From NCBI RefSeq assembly GCF_000150275.1, contig NW_002060952.1:1014482-1078481 (forward strand): 64,000 nucleotides of DNA, read 5' to 3'. Source of the DNA: Trichoplax adhaerens. Its lineage: Eukaryota > Animalia > Placozoa. A program made the translations under genes and the position numbers. Positions 26,975 to 40,600 of this stretch are shown one piece after another; within the stretch, counting starts at the first letter, position 1, and each line of letters starts with the position of its first letter. The notes beneath the pieces were generated by a model that had not been told where the DNA came from, did not search any database, and saw only the letters and a program-made list of their open reading frames with translations.

Positions 26975-29900
26975 TTAAACGGTTGCATCCGCAGATTTTC
27001 CTTCCCCATTCATTTCACGTAGCCTTATTTCTTCTTCGGTTTCGGGTACATAAAGCAACTTCACTAATCGCTGTAAAATAAGAAAATGGATAATGTAAAT
27101 TAATTCTAATTACACTTAAGCTTCCGTTACCTAAAAGTTATGGCATTTATCACTTTACAAATATGATGCTGTAAATAAATTGAGTTCTGAATCATGTAGT
27201 AAAAATGGAAATAACTACATGTGATTGCTGATCATGTATACTGTTTCGGAGTTAATTATTAACAAACTATACATAATATGGCATTTGCTAAATTCATGCA
27301 GTTGAGAGCGCTTTACTTGCCTCTTTAAATGTTCCCTCAGTATAAATAAGCTGATAAATAGCTGGAAGCAGGATGCATAATAGACATAAGACTGCCATAA
27401 GCCAGCCAACAAAATCAGCCCACCAAGGATACAGAATGCCATTGTATGTTATTGGAGTATAAAAAACGAGACTGAAGATGAAGACCGCCTAAGTATGCAA
27501 ATAAAACATCATTAGAATGATTCACGTAAACGATCAAATACTTTACTCTTCATAGAACCCTTTATCTATATAATATGTATATACACATTGTACGCGTATA
27601 TACTGTACATATACGTGTACATTTATTCCAGTATAAATAAAATTTACCGCTATCATAAGTGGCGTTAAAAAAGCCCAGCAAATGTCCCAAGATATCCAAA
27701 CTCTCCACGATAACAGCGATCCTATATTGCGTGTATATCGTCTAACACCTTTGCAAATAAATATTATGGCCTCAGGGTTTAATTAAAGCTAGATAGTTTA
27801 TTTTATAATCTACCTTTACGAAAGGAAGAAAAGTATTTTATGTAATAGTAAGTTAAAACAATCTCATTTTTACCGTAAAACCATGAAACAGCCATAATCT
27901 CGAATAAGACTGTTACAATCATGGCTGTGCCCGCAGAATAGGTATTAAATAAATCAAAGATATAGATACCACCCTATTTATGTATTAAAATACGAATTAA
28001 TCTCAAATTTTGCTTCATACTCTTTCATATTGAATTCTATAGGATATTAATAGCAACTTGGCATACTTTTGTTATACATGTTAGTCCAATCAGGAATTCG
28101 ACAATGCATAATCCTAAAATAAGATATGGTCTACGAGAAGCGAATAGATTAGGCCAGAAATCCGTCAATCCTGTAGAAATGGCCTCAACCATAGCAAACT
28201 ATATTAAAAATTAATGATATTACTCTCATATGAGACCTAGAATCCAGACTAATACTTTTAACTTTATTAAGAAGAACGCTTTTAATGTTATGAATTATGG
28301 AGTGTAAAAATTCATATCAAAAGAACTCTTAATCTTATACGTATAGGAGTACATCGCAAGTTTAATCGCTTTACCTGACTGTCTAAGCCAAGTGTAATCA
28401 ACATGAAGAAGAAAAGGATCGACCAAAAATTTGATCCCGGTAAAGTAGATAATCCAGCAGGGTAAACCATAAATACCAAGCCGGGACCTGCAAAAATTTA
28501 GTTAGGAATTGTATTTAAGTAGCTATTCATTTTTCAGAATAACAATATGTCCTAAAATATTTGACGAATAAATAAAACAGGTATATTATCGTTATCGCTT
28601 GCCAAATAAAACTTAATGCTCCTTCACATTGCATTTAAGAAAAGATATAATCGTTAGCATTATCTAGCGCATTCTATTATTAATTTTAGAGATTTGAAAT
28701 AATGCTTTTTTTCGAACCTTCATCGACAACTTTTTCGATTGGTAAACCCTGTTGCTTGGACATATAGCCCAACATTGAAAAAATAACAAATCCAGCAAAG
28801 AAACTAGTGCCACAATTTATAGCGCTAATAACGACTGCATCCCTAAATTGAGAATTAAAATTTAAAATTAATTTTCTGATGCAATAACTTTTAATTAAGT
28901 AAATGATTACAATATTGGCTATAGACTCTCCCTAGCTCGTACGCACTTTAGTCAATTATACTAATAGCACGGACATTACCCTATCAACTGCAATAATTTT
29001 TTGTTAGTTTGCTATGAACAGTACTATCAAACCTTTATGAACTTTAGCTGTATAAACTAAATAAATGATAATGCCGTACTATTACGGTATGCTTATTTTC
29101 TCATTTCGCTTACTTAAGGAAATTGTTATTTCTTTTATTATAGCTAGCAAATGCGATAAGGGAACCGAAACCCGCACCAAGAGAATAGAAGATTTGAGTT
29201 CCCGCCTCTTTCCACGTCTGTCAAAATTTATGATCGCAATTCTTAACGGCTATCACCATTAACTTCATGCTATAGTAAGAAATTTGCGCTATTTCCTTTG
29301 TAAGTTGAAAGCTGCATAAACATGGATATAAACGTACCTCGATATCAGCAAGCTTCGATGTATCTAATTTTAGATAATAGGAAATACCTAAACCTGCACC
29401 ATCTAATGTTACTCCACGGAAGAATAGAATTACTAATACAAGGTAAGGGAAGGTAGCAGTGAAATAGACGACCTAATAGCCAAAAATAATATTCGTGTTA
29501 CTCTTTCAATTGAATAGCGCTATTCATGTATCTAAAAAATCAAATTTTAGAATTACTTTTCCTGTCCATTTTACTCCTTTAAAGATGCACAAGTAGACTA
29601 TCACCCAAGCCAGTATAAGAAGCAAGGCTAAATCCCATTTCACTGGTCCACTAATATCTGGATTAGCTGTCTTGTTTAAAACACGAATACTACATTGGAT
29701 AAGTTTTAAAATTGGCAATAAATTCATTAGAGCAAAAATAAATAGCGGCCAAATTAAAAGGCTAGAATTTAGCTTTTATGTCATTTATTTACTTGAAGTA
29801 TTCGACCGCTGGTGAAATTCCAGACTCATTAACATTAGAACCATTTCGAACTAAACACTCAGGCGTATTCCATGAATTATCACATGTTGTCCAAGGTAAA

Positions 29901-32900
29901 GGAGAGATAAAACTTGCAAACAAGAAATATAGCACCCAGGCTAAGATGACAACGTAATAGATAGATACTAAAAAGGAAACCATGATCATAGAGAAGCCAG
30001 TTCCTATAAGCAATAACAGTAGAATAGCAACTGAGCCCTTATTATCATAATTGCTACACTGCATTAAGTAAATTTTGAATTCATCATTAATAGATTTTTG
30101 CGGTAGCAATATTCATCGTTAGAGAGTTTATTATACCGAATAACAAAGGACAAATTTTCTTAAAGACAACCGTAGGGCCTTTTACAAAGTACTGTCCGAT
30201 TCCAAATTCTAATGCCATAAGAGGAACTCCACAGATAGCTAAGGATATGAAATATGGAATCAAGAATGCTCCTAAAGAAAGAAAAAGAATTGAATATTTA
30301 TATTACTAGTATTCAAATCATTTCAAATAAGAATTCTTAAATGTATTGTCATGAGTACCAACACTTTATCCGTTGCAATAGTAGAATATCCTAACGCTAA
30401 CTGCTTAAAATTAATCCTGTCAGCTGGGATCATGATTCGTGCTAATCTGTGTTTACTGGATACGGCTTATTATCTCCACAAAACAAGTACTCCATCACGC
30501 CTACAACTATTTCCATTTGCAAAGCCAACATAAAAAGGATAGCTTATTTCAAGTCATTTTTATTATTATTGGCCTGATTTTGTATTCCAGATTGGTTGTA
30601 TAATTCTTTAATGTTGCTGAAAACTCATTAATGGTGAGAATTAGTGACCAATGATTTTATCTTATACGGATATCGACGTTTAATCGTGATGCCAATTTCC
30701 GAGAAGAGAGTCGAAAATTAATTTCGAATTTAAACACATACGTCACGAGATGAATCACGTGCATCTTTGCAGTTTAAACAATTCTCTGCGTTCAAATATA
30801 TGAACCGCTTAACTTAAACTGGTATTGCTACTCTAGCTATTGAAACTATACTGTAGGTAAAGAAGGAGAAGAGACGAGTCTAATAGTATTACAAAGTAGA
30901 TAGCTAAAATATTAGTTTACTGACCAATACGGCGCTTAATATATACAACCAATAAAGCAACAATCATTGATTTAAAATATGCAAAGTAAAAAAGGACAAT
31001 AGGAATATATTTTTAATTCATCAAAATTATTTTCTATGGTATCTGGCATCGGTGGCAACTATGATCAAGCGTTTAAAGTAAAACATTAATACTGTAGATT
31101 CAAGTTACTTCTCGCTTTTCACGGTACCGAATTAAATTATAAACTTGTTTAGCTATCCCAATGCGAAACAATTTTTACACATTTTCTATTGCAGGTAGAG
31201 ATCATATTGCTCATGCTCGTATTTTAAGGATTACGAATTAATTCATCAAATGGAATACAAATTGAGTCAGTTAGGACAGCTAAATATACACCTAGAGCAT
31301 GCAACGCAATTTATTGTTATCAGCACAAACCCCGGTTACAAGACGAGCTTACGGATGATATATGTACTGAACTACTTATGGTAAGGTCATAACTGCGTTT
31401 TAATATAAATGTTGTACTAGTACCCCAGGTATATAAATCGATATATTAGCACTGGTAATTACTTTGCTTAAATGGCTTTTTTATTTTTCTTTGCAAATAT
31501 TTCTAAAAAATTTCCCCTTTATACATATTTCTAAAAGACTCATAAATATATATATATAACTTACGTGACGCTGTCATTGCCTTTATTATATATACTATCA
31601 AGTTCATAATAATACATGCTAGGAACCCTTCAGCGCTAAATTAGCCTGACTAAATGGTCTATTTGTTGTTATTGGTCAGGGTTTGCATGTTCGCTTACAA
31701 TATATGTTAGGGATAGCGATATTAAGTAGTTAAAATACACAGGCATATTTAATTGTTCTATAAAGGTGTCGTGCATAGTTGCTGTAAGACTCACAGATTT
31801 ATGAGTATTGGCTAATATTACAGTTGGATTCCTACAATATCATACAGCCCTCAGAAAGAATCAGTCTCATATATGTATTACACTGGATTGTTAATATCGT
31901 CTGATGTTATGGGAAATTATTTACATGTAAACATAAATTGAGCTATTACTGAATTCTTCTTGAGGTAACAATAGTTTGATATATATCGAGTCTAGCATAG
32001 AATAAGCAAATCAGTCTTAGTGCTTCGCAAACTTTCCCGAGCTCAATTCGTATACGTTATTTTTTAGCATTGAAGTTAATGTATTCAAGACAGTTACAAT
32101 ACAAATTTTTCGTTGGAATCTTTCTGTGTATCAGTGGATGAAAATATGGATAAATCAGATTTTTTTAACTCTATGATGCTATGAAGCCCAAGCAAATGAA
32201 TTCGTTCGTATTTTTACCATTTTTAAATTTATACCAATTACTGTAATTTTTGCACGGTGTCATATCACGTAAAAAACCGTGAAGGATACAAAATAATATC
32301 TCATGACAGAATATGCTGTTCAAAATTAAATACTATGCAAACAGTTTAACTTTTGTAGAGAAAAACTGAGATTTGAATCGCACTTCAAGCATTATTTGCC
32401 ATCTAAAAGTTACTTTATCAATTTAATAATGTATGGTGCTCCGATTTAGTAGCGAAATGTAATTAATTTGTGCGTAACAAATTGCCTACTCCAACATCAA
32501 TACACGAAAATTAAATTTTATAGTAATTCTCTGACATGCTTCAGTAGTGTAGCGTTTATACGGGATTTATGATAGTATTCTTCGAAATTAATCGTTTACT
32601 CAATATCCTACAGATTGCTATTCCGAATATACAGAAATTCTTCCTGAAAGTTATGTTCTGCAGAGTATTAAAATGATGGATCGAATTTTAGCTAAAAGGA
32701 CCAATATTAGATGCGTAGAATATATTGAAAAAAGATGCATAGTGAGACTCTGACAGTCGTATCGAATACCAAATTTTTAGGTCATGCTGTTTACAAAAGT
32801 GTGCAATACCAGTTTAAAATTATTTAGCGTGGCTGTATAAACTATTTAGCACCTATAAAGCAAGATCAATCGAAAGGATAGCATATGATATACTGTAACC

Positions 32901-33370
32901 TCATGTAGAGCAATGCAATATGCTATTATACAGTGTATAAAAACCAAAAAGGAACAATTCTATACTATTACGTATAAATGATAGTTTGACAATAGCCAAA
33001 GTACTAATATGCATATCGTATTGAATGGCTTCGAATACTGATCTACGCGTAGATGGTTTAACTATAAAATAAATTTAAAATGTCTTTCACTAGACCCGCT
33101 CAGGGAAGGCAATAAAAATAAGTTGATTTATTCCATCCCTTATGATTATTTCGAATCCTTGTAATAGATACATGCTTCTTTCTTACCTCCTCCATATTTG
33201 TAACATAGGTATGGAAATCGCCATAGATTGCCGAATCCCACAGCAAAACCAATGCAACTTAGCATAAATTCGATTTTCTTCCCCCATCCTTCACGCTCAT
33301 ATTCTTCTTCACTTTCGGTATCGGCTACAACCTTACCGTCACTAGTGTCTTTATCATCACCATCACCCAT
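26975..33370 (-). CDS. SLC6 sodium/chloride-dependent solute symporter, paralog B (complete, 13 exons)
   Basis: ATG 33370; exons 33370-33187, 30271-30137, 30003-29793, 29689-29557, 29472-29338, 29217-29114, 28842-28718, 28487-28375, 28198-28067, 27973-27874, 27748-27648, 27488-27321 (GC donor), 27070-26975 (TAA). Exons 2-11 have the same lengths as in paralog A (135, 211, 133, 135, 104, 125, 113, 132, 100, 101 nt). Confidence 0.95.
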
Positions 33371-36300
33371 TTTGATAAGTCTTTCAACAGACAAGATAGA
33401 AATAAAATGTTTCTATTGATAACGCGATCGATTTATAATGAAGGTCAGAAGACTATCGGAAGGTGGACTATCCCAATGATTACGCAGCATGATGTTTGCT
33501 TAGCTGTAGTAATTACATTTTATTGTTTTCCTTTTCAACCATATGCGATAAAAATTGTTTGATATTCATTACTTTGATACGATGTATTTTTTGTAATATT
33601 ATTAACTAAAATCTTTTATAAAACACGTGGTAGTAACCTATTAATAAGTACTACAATGGCTAAAATAGCATAATTTAAACAGTAATCAGTATTCGTAATA
33701 GTCAACCAAGTCAAGATAAAATTAAAACCGCGAAGAGAGATTGGTTGTCTTAAATACAATAGCGTAAAACTGGACAGTCTTTCCTGTGAAATACATAACT
33801 TACATACAAAAATTTTGATGCCTTCGTACTCTAAATAATAAAGTGTGTTGCATGTCAAATACATTTTATTTCTTGAAAAGTAAAAGTAAGTATTTTTTTA
33901 ATATTTTAAAGCCATAGAAATTTGTCAAGGTAGCCATTACTAGAACTTTATAACTACATGAGTTAGTAGAGTGAAGATCGCTTGATTCATATTGTGTATT
34001 TAATTAAAAGTAGAGACCCTGCTACGCTAGTTAAATGTTTACTTATAAAAATGGGTTATTTTACCGTGCAGCTATAAGATACTCTAATAACATATTGTAG
34101 TATTTAGTGCATCGACTAATTTGAAACCGAATCATTACGAAAGCCCATTGCTTAATGCGAATTTCAATGCTATAATGAGAGATAAATTGATAGTTCTGAT
34201 CGTTAATTACGTTACTTTTTATGGAAGATAAGGATGTTCCATAATTTATGATAAAATGCATTTCTTACAAATGATGAATTTTAAATTTACGTCACTACAA
34301 CCATATGCATTATTAAATCGAGAAATTAGCTAAATCTGTCCTTATGCGACCATATTTAGGTTTCTAGCAAACTTGAATATTGATATAAAGGTGATAATGG
34401 CAGGCTAGCAAATTTACAATATTAAAACTGTACAATATTTTCGATGGTGCCATGGAAGATCAGCATGCAAATTTATTTTAAGAGTCTTGAAGAAGTAGGC
34501 GATACATTCCATAAGTTAAGATAGCTCTGGTCGGCTAACTCTAATCTTTCAGAATTAGATCAAAATCTCTATTTCTTTATAATGCTTTTAAAATTATCGA
34601 GTTCACAATAAAATTGCTTTGAAGAATGCGATAATAGCATATAGTTCAGTCTTCTAGACGTACATTATTATGCTCCGTATAAGTTGCATGGTACGGTACC
34701 CTATTCAACAATTAGCCCTCTATATGTCAATATAAGCAGTAATTGAAAAGGGTACTTAAGTTCAAGCCATAAAATTGTTATGTGATACGATTGTATAGAT
34801 ACTGGTACTATATAAATATAGTTAGGAATTTCTCAGCGTCTTTCACACTTTGAATAAGAAATTTTGTTTAGAATTCGCTTTACTTACGATGGATGAGCAT
34901 GTTACTATCTTTATATGTTGTGTTGTAAACATATGTTTAGAATATTGCAATGTCATACTTAAAGTTTGAATTTGTAAACTATAATTCTAAATGTTATCAG
35001 TACAATAATATTTGTAAACATCGTTTACAATCTATTGAAATTATTTAGTATCTTTCAGCCATATACTATATATGAATATGACTTTAATTGAAACACTACA
35101 TAATGTTTATTACTTAAGAGGTAGGAGCAGTAATTTTGGGAATTTATCCATTTAAATTTGATATGAAATTGCCTTCATTCTTATAATCCAAATAATGGTA
35201 AAAAATTCCTTATTTCTGATCCGATTCTTTCGATAATTCTGAGGAACGTCCATGCATTCGTGTAACATGTACAATATTACAACTTGCAATAAGAGTATTT
35301 ACGTAGACTCCGTATTTTATAAATCTTAAATAAGAATATTATAAACAAATTCATAGATTTTCTACATAAATAGGAAAGTTTAGATCATGCTGTTGTACGC
35401 ATTTGCATGCAAATTTACGAATATGGATAAAATTCATTAGATATAAAATGATCCAGGATTACTCATCTCTGATAAGACGGTGAAAATAGAATTGACACTA
35501 CTCATTCAGCTACTTATTATCGATGAAATTGAGCCGTCTCGTATCTTTCTATATACAAGATTTGCTGGATCGTATCCCTACTGTCCTACTCTCCTGTGAA
35601 TATTACATATATAACCGATGATAAAAATACCTGTTTTTAGAGTATTTAACGTTGTACATTAACTATGTTCATATCCAGAATCTGCAAATTTTAGGTTCAT
35701 CTATTTAACCCCTTAGCTTGTTAAAGCAAAGATCACTTTCATTAATACTCATATCCGGTTTTTTCTATACTATATCAAAGTGGTACAATTTTTGAAAGTT
35801 AAATATGCGTATATTTATGAATTAATTATTTATAAACAAAGAGTCTGTACATCCGAATTTGATTGCACTATAGTAGCTATTGTTTCGTGTTCTGATAACG
35901 CACTATAAATATTATTACTTGAAGTAGTAAGCTAGTGCAATTAGCGATAGAAAATCATCGATTTCTGCGATAAATAAGTATAATTAATGAGGTAATAGCA
36001 TACTACATCAGGAATATAAAATGAGAGACCGATGATCGAAACAGGGAAAATAATGCCGAATTTGCAGTTGGACATTAATATGCTCGTAACTGATATTGTG
36101 GAAAGAATAGAGTGCCCGTAATAATTTTTTGATACCTAGTTGAAATACCATCATACCTGCATACAAACTATAACCTCTCTAAATGATCTAAATCGTTCGA
36201 TATTACAAATTTATTTGATTCGATAACTCGATAGCTTTTAATGATAAAAAATGCTGTCTAATAGCAGTTATTGATTGATATACCTCTAAAACATTGCTAG

Positions 36301-37984
36301 TGTTCTTTTACATTATGAGCAAATATTTGAAATGCTATCGCTATAACGCACCCTTGTAGCGTTGACTATATCACTGTTCAGATCCTATTTTTAATTAATG
36401 TAATGTAATCCTTGCCGATTACTATTTTGCATGATATAATGTCCTCAAACTGATAAAACCGATACAAGTATAATTTTCGAGGTCATAATAATACTGTATA
36501 AACTAAACTGTATAAGCTAATGTTTAGTACTTATTTATTTTATCTAGACAGCAAGGCATATTTAACTGCTTATTTTCGCCTGATGCGGCCGGTGCAGTAT
36601 TGGCAATCAGTAATGCAATGTCTATAGATAGTGAATAGTTCGATGACATTAATGAGACAGGAAATGGCATCGCTGACTATTGTGAGCAATAAGCGAAGGG
36701 TAAGATTATCGTACTGAATCACAAATTAATACCATGAAACGAATGGGAATGTATAACTTGCTTTTGTATATTATTAATACGCATAGATTATTATAGTGAG
36801 AGGTAGCCAGACTATTTTCGTGCACTTCTAAGAGAATATCCCTCTTAAAAGTTACTGCTATTTGTAGTATGGATCTTATAATCATTAACTCTAAGTAATT
36901 TAAGTATAATATTATTTTTTATGATTTATGCCCTTTTGATAAGAATTCTATTAACATTCAGAAATCAAATTCAGAGGTCAAGTTTAAACGAATCGTACAA
37001 GATATAAAATTTATGTATTGTATACGTTCGCAACACTAACATTAGTTTTGATTGCTAACTACGCCATGCTTCAATTATGATAGGTCTTGGGCCATATGAT
37101 TATATACGTATATCTATATACAGTCACGAGAAATACTCCTCGAAAATTTACTTTAAATCATTACACTTATTTTTATCTCAATATGAACATTCCTTATGGT
37201 AAATAGTAGTAAACATGCAAAACCGGTTTTTATTTCTTGTGTGGGTGTTGTCTCTTGTGGTCGATGTCAAATAAAGAACAATACCCATTAGTTTACGCGT
37301 TGTCAGTTATATCATATAGACTCTAACGAAGATCAACAACTGTATACAACTTGCAGACAATTGTAATTCCGCATCAGATAGGCCAAATAAATATGAAACG
37401 AGTATCGTAGTAGTGTTTTCTGAGGTAATAATCTTTGGGTGATCTATGTATGCATATACAAATACTCGTATGTATAACGTTACGGCCAATATCGGTAATG
37501 CGACGTAAGACTAAAGTTGTATAGTCGATTGATACTTTCCGGATGCATGAAATCCTGTTGCTTCAAAGCTACAAAAGCATTGTCTACGTAGCAAATTGCA
37601 ACCTACCGTTTTGAGTTAAAAATATGTCGTAGATCTTCGATGAACTGCTAACAGTGCAGAAGTTTACTGAATTGATTGACTATTTGAATGTGAAATGTAA
37701 ACTATAGTACAACATGGGGTACTAGCCATACTACTCTACAATAACATTACACGTACAGTAAAAAAGTATCACCATCTGGTCTGCATACAGTATTTGCACG
37801 TCTGCATGGCCTAATCATCTAATAACTGTCACAACTATACTGAGAATGGTCTCCATTTAGTGTAATGACTGTATTTACAGTATGCAATTAAATATAATAT
37901 ATGTACTCAATCCATAGACTGCATACAATTTTAACAATTCCTGATTGGATATGAGAGCAGAATTTAATGTTCGCCCGGAACTAA

Positions 37985-38046
37985 AACAACATTCCACAGT
38001 CAGGTCACAGTTTGTACAAACTGTGACCTGACTGTGGAATGTTGTT
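37985..38046. repeat. Perfect 62-bp spacer-less palindrome
   Basis: AACAACATTCCACAGTCAGGTCACAGTTTGT|ACAAACTGTGACCTGACTGTGGAATGTTGTT; 31-bp arms with no mismatch. Confidence 0.98.
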
Positions 38047-39709
38047 GATTGAACTTTGCAAGATTTAACGCATCAGTTCAAGATGCAAGAGCATGATTTA
38101 AAAAAGAAAACATTTACTTATTTAATTCATTTACGTCTGTTCGAGGTCTGGTCTTCGACAATGCAATTTCTCGTGTCAACAATACATTTTAGGGTTGATG
38201 CTTGCAATGCAAATGTTTAATAGCTTTCAAATGGCTTGTGACTACTTGATTTTATTCTAACTAGTGGAATAGCATGGTTGTTAATTATTATAATATAAGG
38301 TGTATTATTATAGTAAGCTGTCATTAACCCTTGTGCAAATTATTCCGGCTCTGTACGAGAAAAAATACGCCCAGATCTCTGAGTATGAAATTAAATAGTG
38401 CCATGGGCCACTAGATGTTCTATCACTCTACTGTACACAGCGTGATAGTCATGATGTAGTTGCCAATGACCAGTAGTAATGCAATAGTCAAACTACAATT
38501 GTTAATAATCTGTAGCGGTATAAGGGTGCAGTATACAGTAATGTGATTGTTTACTTTATTTTAGTAGTCAGTAGCATGCTTTACAATAGTTCTTTTTCAT
38601 TTCGGTATCTCTAAAGTTCGGTTCACAGATGCAAATGCGAGACTTCTGACTTCTGTGCACTGAGTCTTACTGATATATCGCAGTTTCTATATTATAGAAC
38701 ACTACAAGATCGCATGAACGGATAGTAAAGTACTCTGTAGTAGACCGAGTGCACTGCATTTTAATTAAACATTTATCAACTGTGTATATTGTAGATTAGA
38801 TTGTTACTTGTCTAATCAATGATAATTAATTATACGTATATTTAATATGCGTGTGTTACAAGTCCGCCTGTTACGTAAAATCCTACAAAAGATTGCTTGA
38901 TGAAGGTACTATTTACCATCGGCTGTTATAGAGTTTTGTCCTTAAACTAATACATTCCCTTAGGTTTTAGGATTAAAGTTAACTTATGATGTAGTATTCT
39001 ACTAGAACACGATTACATATACTAGTACGCGTTTTGTTTGTAAATGATAAATTTATAGTTCTAGACAATTAATGTAATTTTAGGAAGATGAAAGCAAATT
39101 ATTACAAAGGCCCCTATCACATTGTATCGAGTCACTACAAATATCTCAAACAAGTGCTCGATTAAACCTAGTCCCCTCAAGTTAATAACATAATTTGTAT
39201 CGTCATTTTATGATACGCTGAGTTAAAGATTTACTATAGGAATAATGAGTGATCTAGTCAAACTGGGATCTTATCTTCCTGAAATAGTTGTAAACATGAA
39301 TTTGCCTATCCGAGCACGTCAACTTCAAAATTCTTTAAAGCATTTACAATGATAAAAATAATAACCAATACGAACACTTACCCTAAATACGAAACAATGT
39401 AGCAAAATCCGATTAATTATATTATATTAGGACCACTTTCCGTATACTAGTCAAGACTTGAGGCTATGTTTATAATATTGTTATTTCTTTAAAACTGCGC
39501 ATTTTAATTTGGGGATTGCTGTATTAATAAATATAATTATAATTATTATCTACAGGTATCTAAGGAACTTCAAATTTAATTTTAATAGTGTGTGCAATTT
39601 AATTAATGAACCAATATTATTTATAGCACTATTGCTTCTAGCCGTCGTACGTTATCTGCTGTACTAATCGATGTTACTATTTTCGTACACTGAAGTTAAT
39701 ACTAACTAA

Positions 39710-39899
39710 TTTGAAGAGTAAAAGTAAGCAAGTATCGCTGACTTTTCACCTCTGTAAAAGGGAGTAATACTGCTCTCTTGCATGTTGTACTGTATTATTG
39801 TAAATTGCTGTACTTTAGATGGTACACTTTAGTAACTGTACAGTGTACAGCCATTGGTAATATTCAAGCAAAACTTGCTTACTTTTCAACTCCGTCAAA
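39710..39899. mobile_element. Putative MITE relic with ~30-bp imperfect terminal inverted repeats
   Basis: AAAAGTAAGCAAGT (39720-39733) is the exact reverse complement of ACTTGCTTACTTTT (39873-39886); similarity extends to TTTGA (39710) and TCAAA (39899). No clear TSD seen. Confidence 0.5.
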
Positions 39900-40183
39900 G
39901 AGCGAAACTTTGTTGTACAGTACGTTATGACGCAACGTAATGAAGTCTACAGTATAATCTGACTGCCAGTAAAATCCTTTTTTAGAGCTAAATATTAAGC
40001 CAAATGGTCCTTTAGTTCAATTAATGAATGGATTTATTGAATTAAAATGAATTCAATTGATTTTTCTCAACGACAATGTAAGAAATACTATCTAAAAAGC
40101 TCCAACCCTAATAATAATCAACGTTGATTAATTAATTTAAAGAGTCTGTATGGATTAGAAATATTCAAGATGATTTCGTTGCA

Positions 40184-40238
40184 GGGCGGAGATTGCGCAA
40201 TGCTGAGCGATCGCTGATTGGCCAAAGAGAAATTTGAA
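40184..40238 (+). promoter_or_regulatory. Candidate MELK promoter module: GC box, C/EBP-type palindrome, inverted CCAAT box, CHR
   Basis: GGGCGG 40184-40189, ATTGCGCAAT 40192-40201, CTGATTGGCC 40214-40223 and TTTGAA 40233-40238 in a locally CpG-rich patch ~1.3 kb upstream of the MELK ATG. Confidence 0.5.
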
Positions 40239-40249
40239 TTTGATTATTG

Positions 40250-40600
40250 TAACAGTACTTTACGGTAAGCTGTACAGTACTGTACAGTACGATACAACTA
40301 GTAATGTACTGTAGTGTACAGTACACTATACTGTAGATGTTAACATGGAGGCGTTTACCCGGCGCGATACGATACGGTACGGTACGATACAGTACAGTTA
40401 GTGTAGAGTGTACAGTACGATGATGCACTGTAGAGACCGACAATAAACCAGACACTGTGCATTACTGTACAGTACACAGTACTGTAACAGCCATTGTCAT
40501 GGCGCTGGAGTCGGCAGTGCACACTTTCCTATACAACTTCATATCAATTTCAGTTGATGGTTTGCTACACTACAGTACTGTACAGTATAAAAAAGTACAG
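40250..40600. repeat. Cluster of mixed-orientation TA-anchored pentamers (putative Tc1/mariner excision footprints)
   Basis: e.g. TGTACAGTACTGTACAGTACGATAC at 40271-40295, GATACGATACGGTACGGTACGATACAGTACAG at 40366-40397, TACACTACAGTACTGTACAGTA at 40566-40587. Confidence 0.75.

Noticed and set aside
33420-39700. Short ORFs and isolated AG...GT open segments in the SLC6-B/MELK intergenic region (e.g. 37320-37424)
   Set aside because: No recognisable domains or consistent exon chain.
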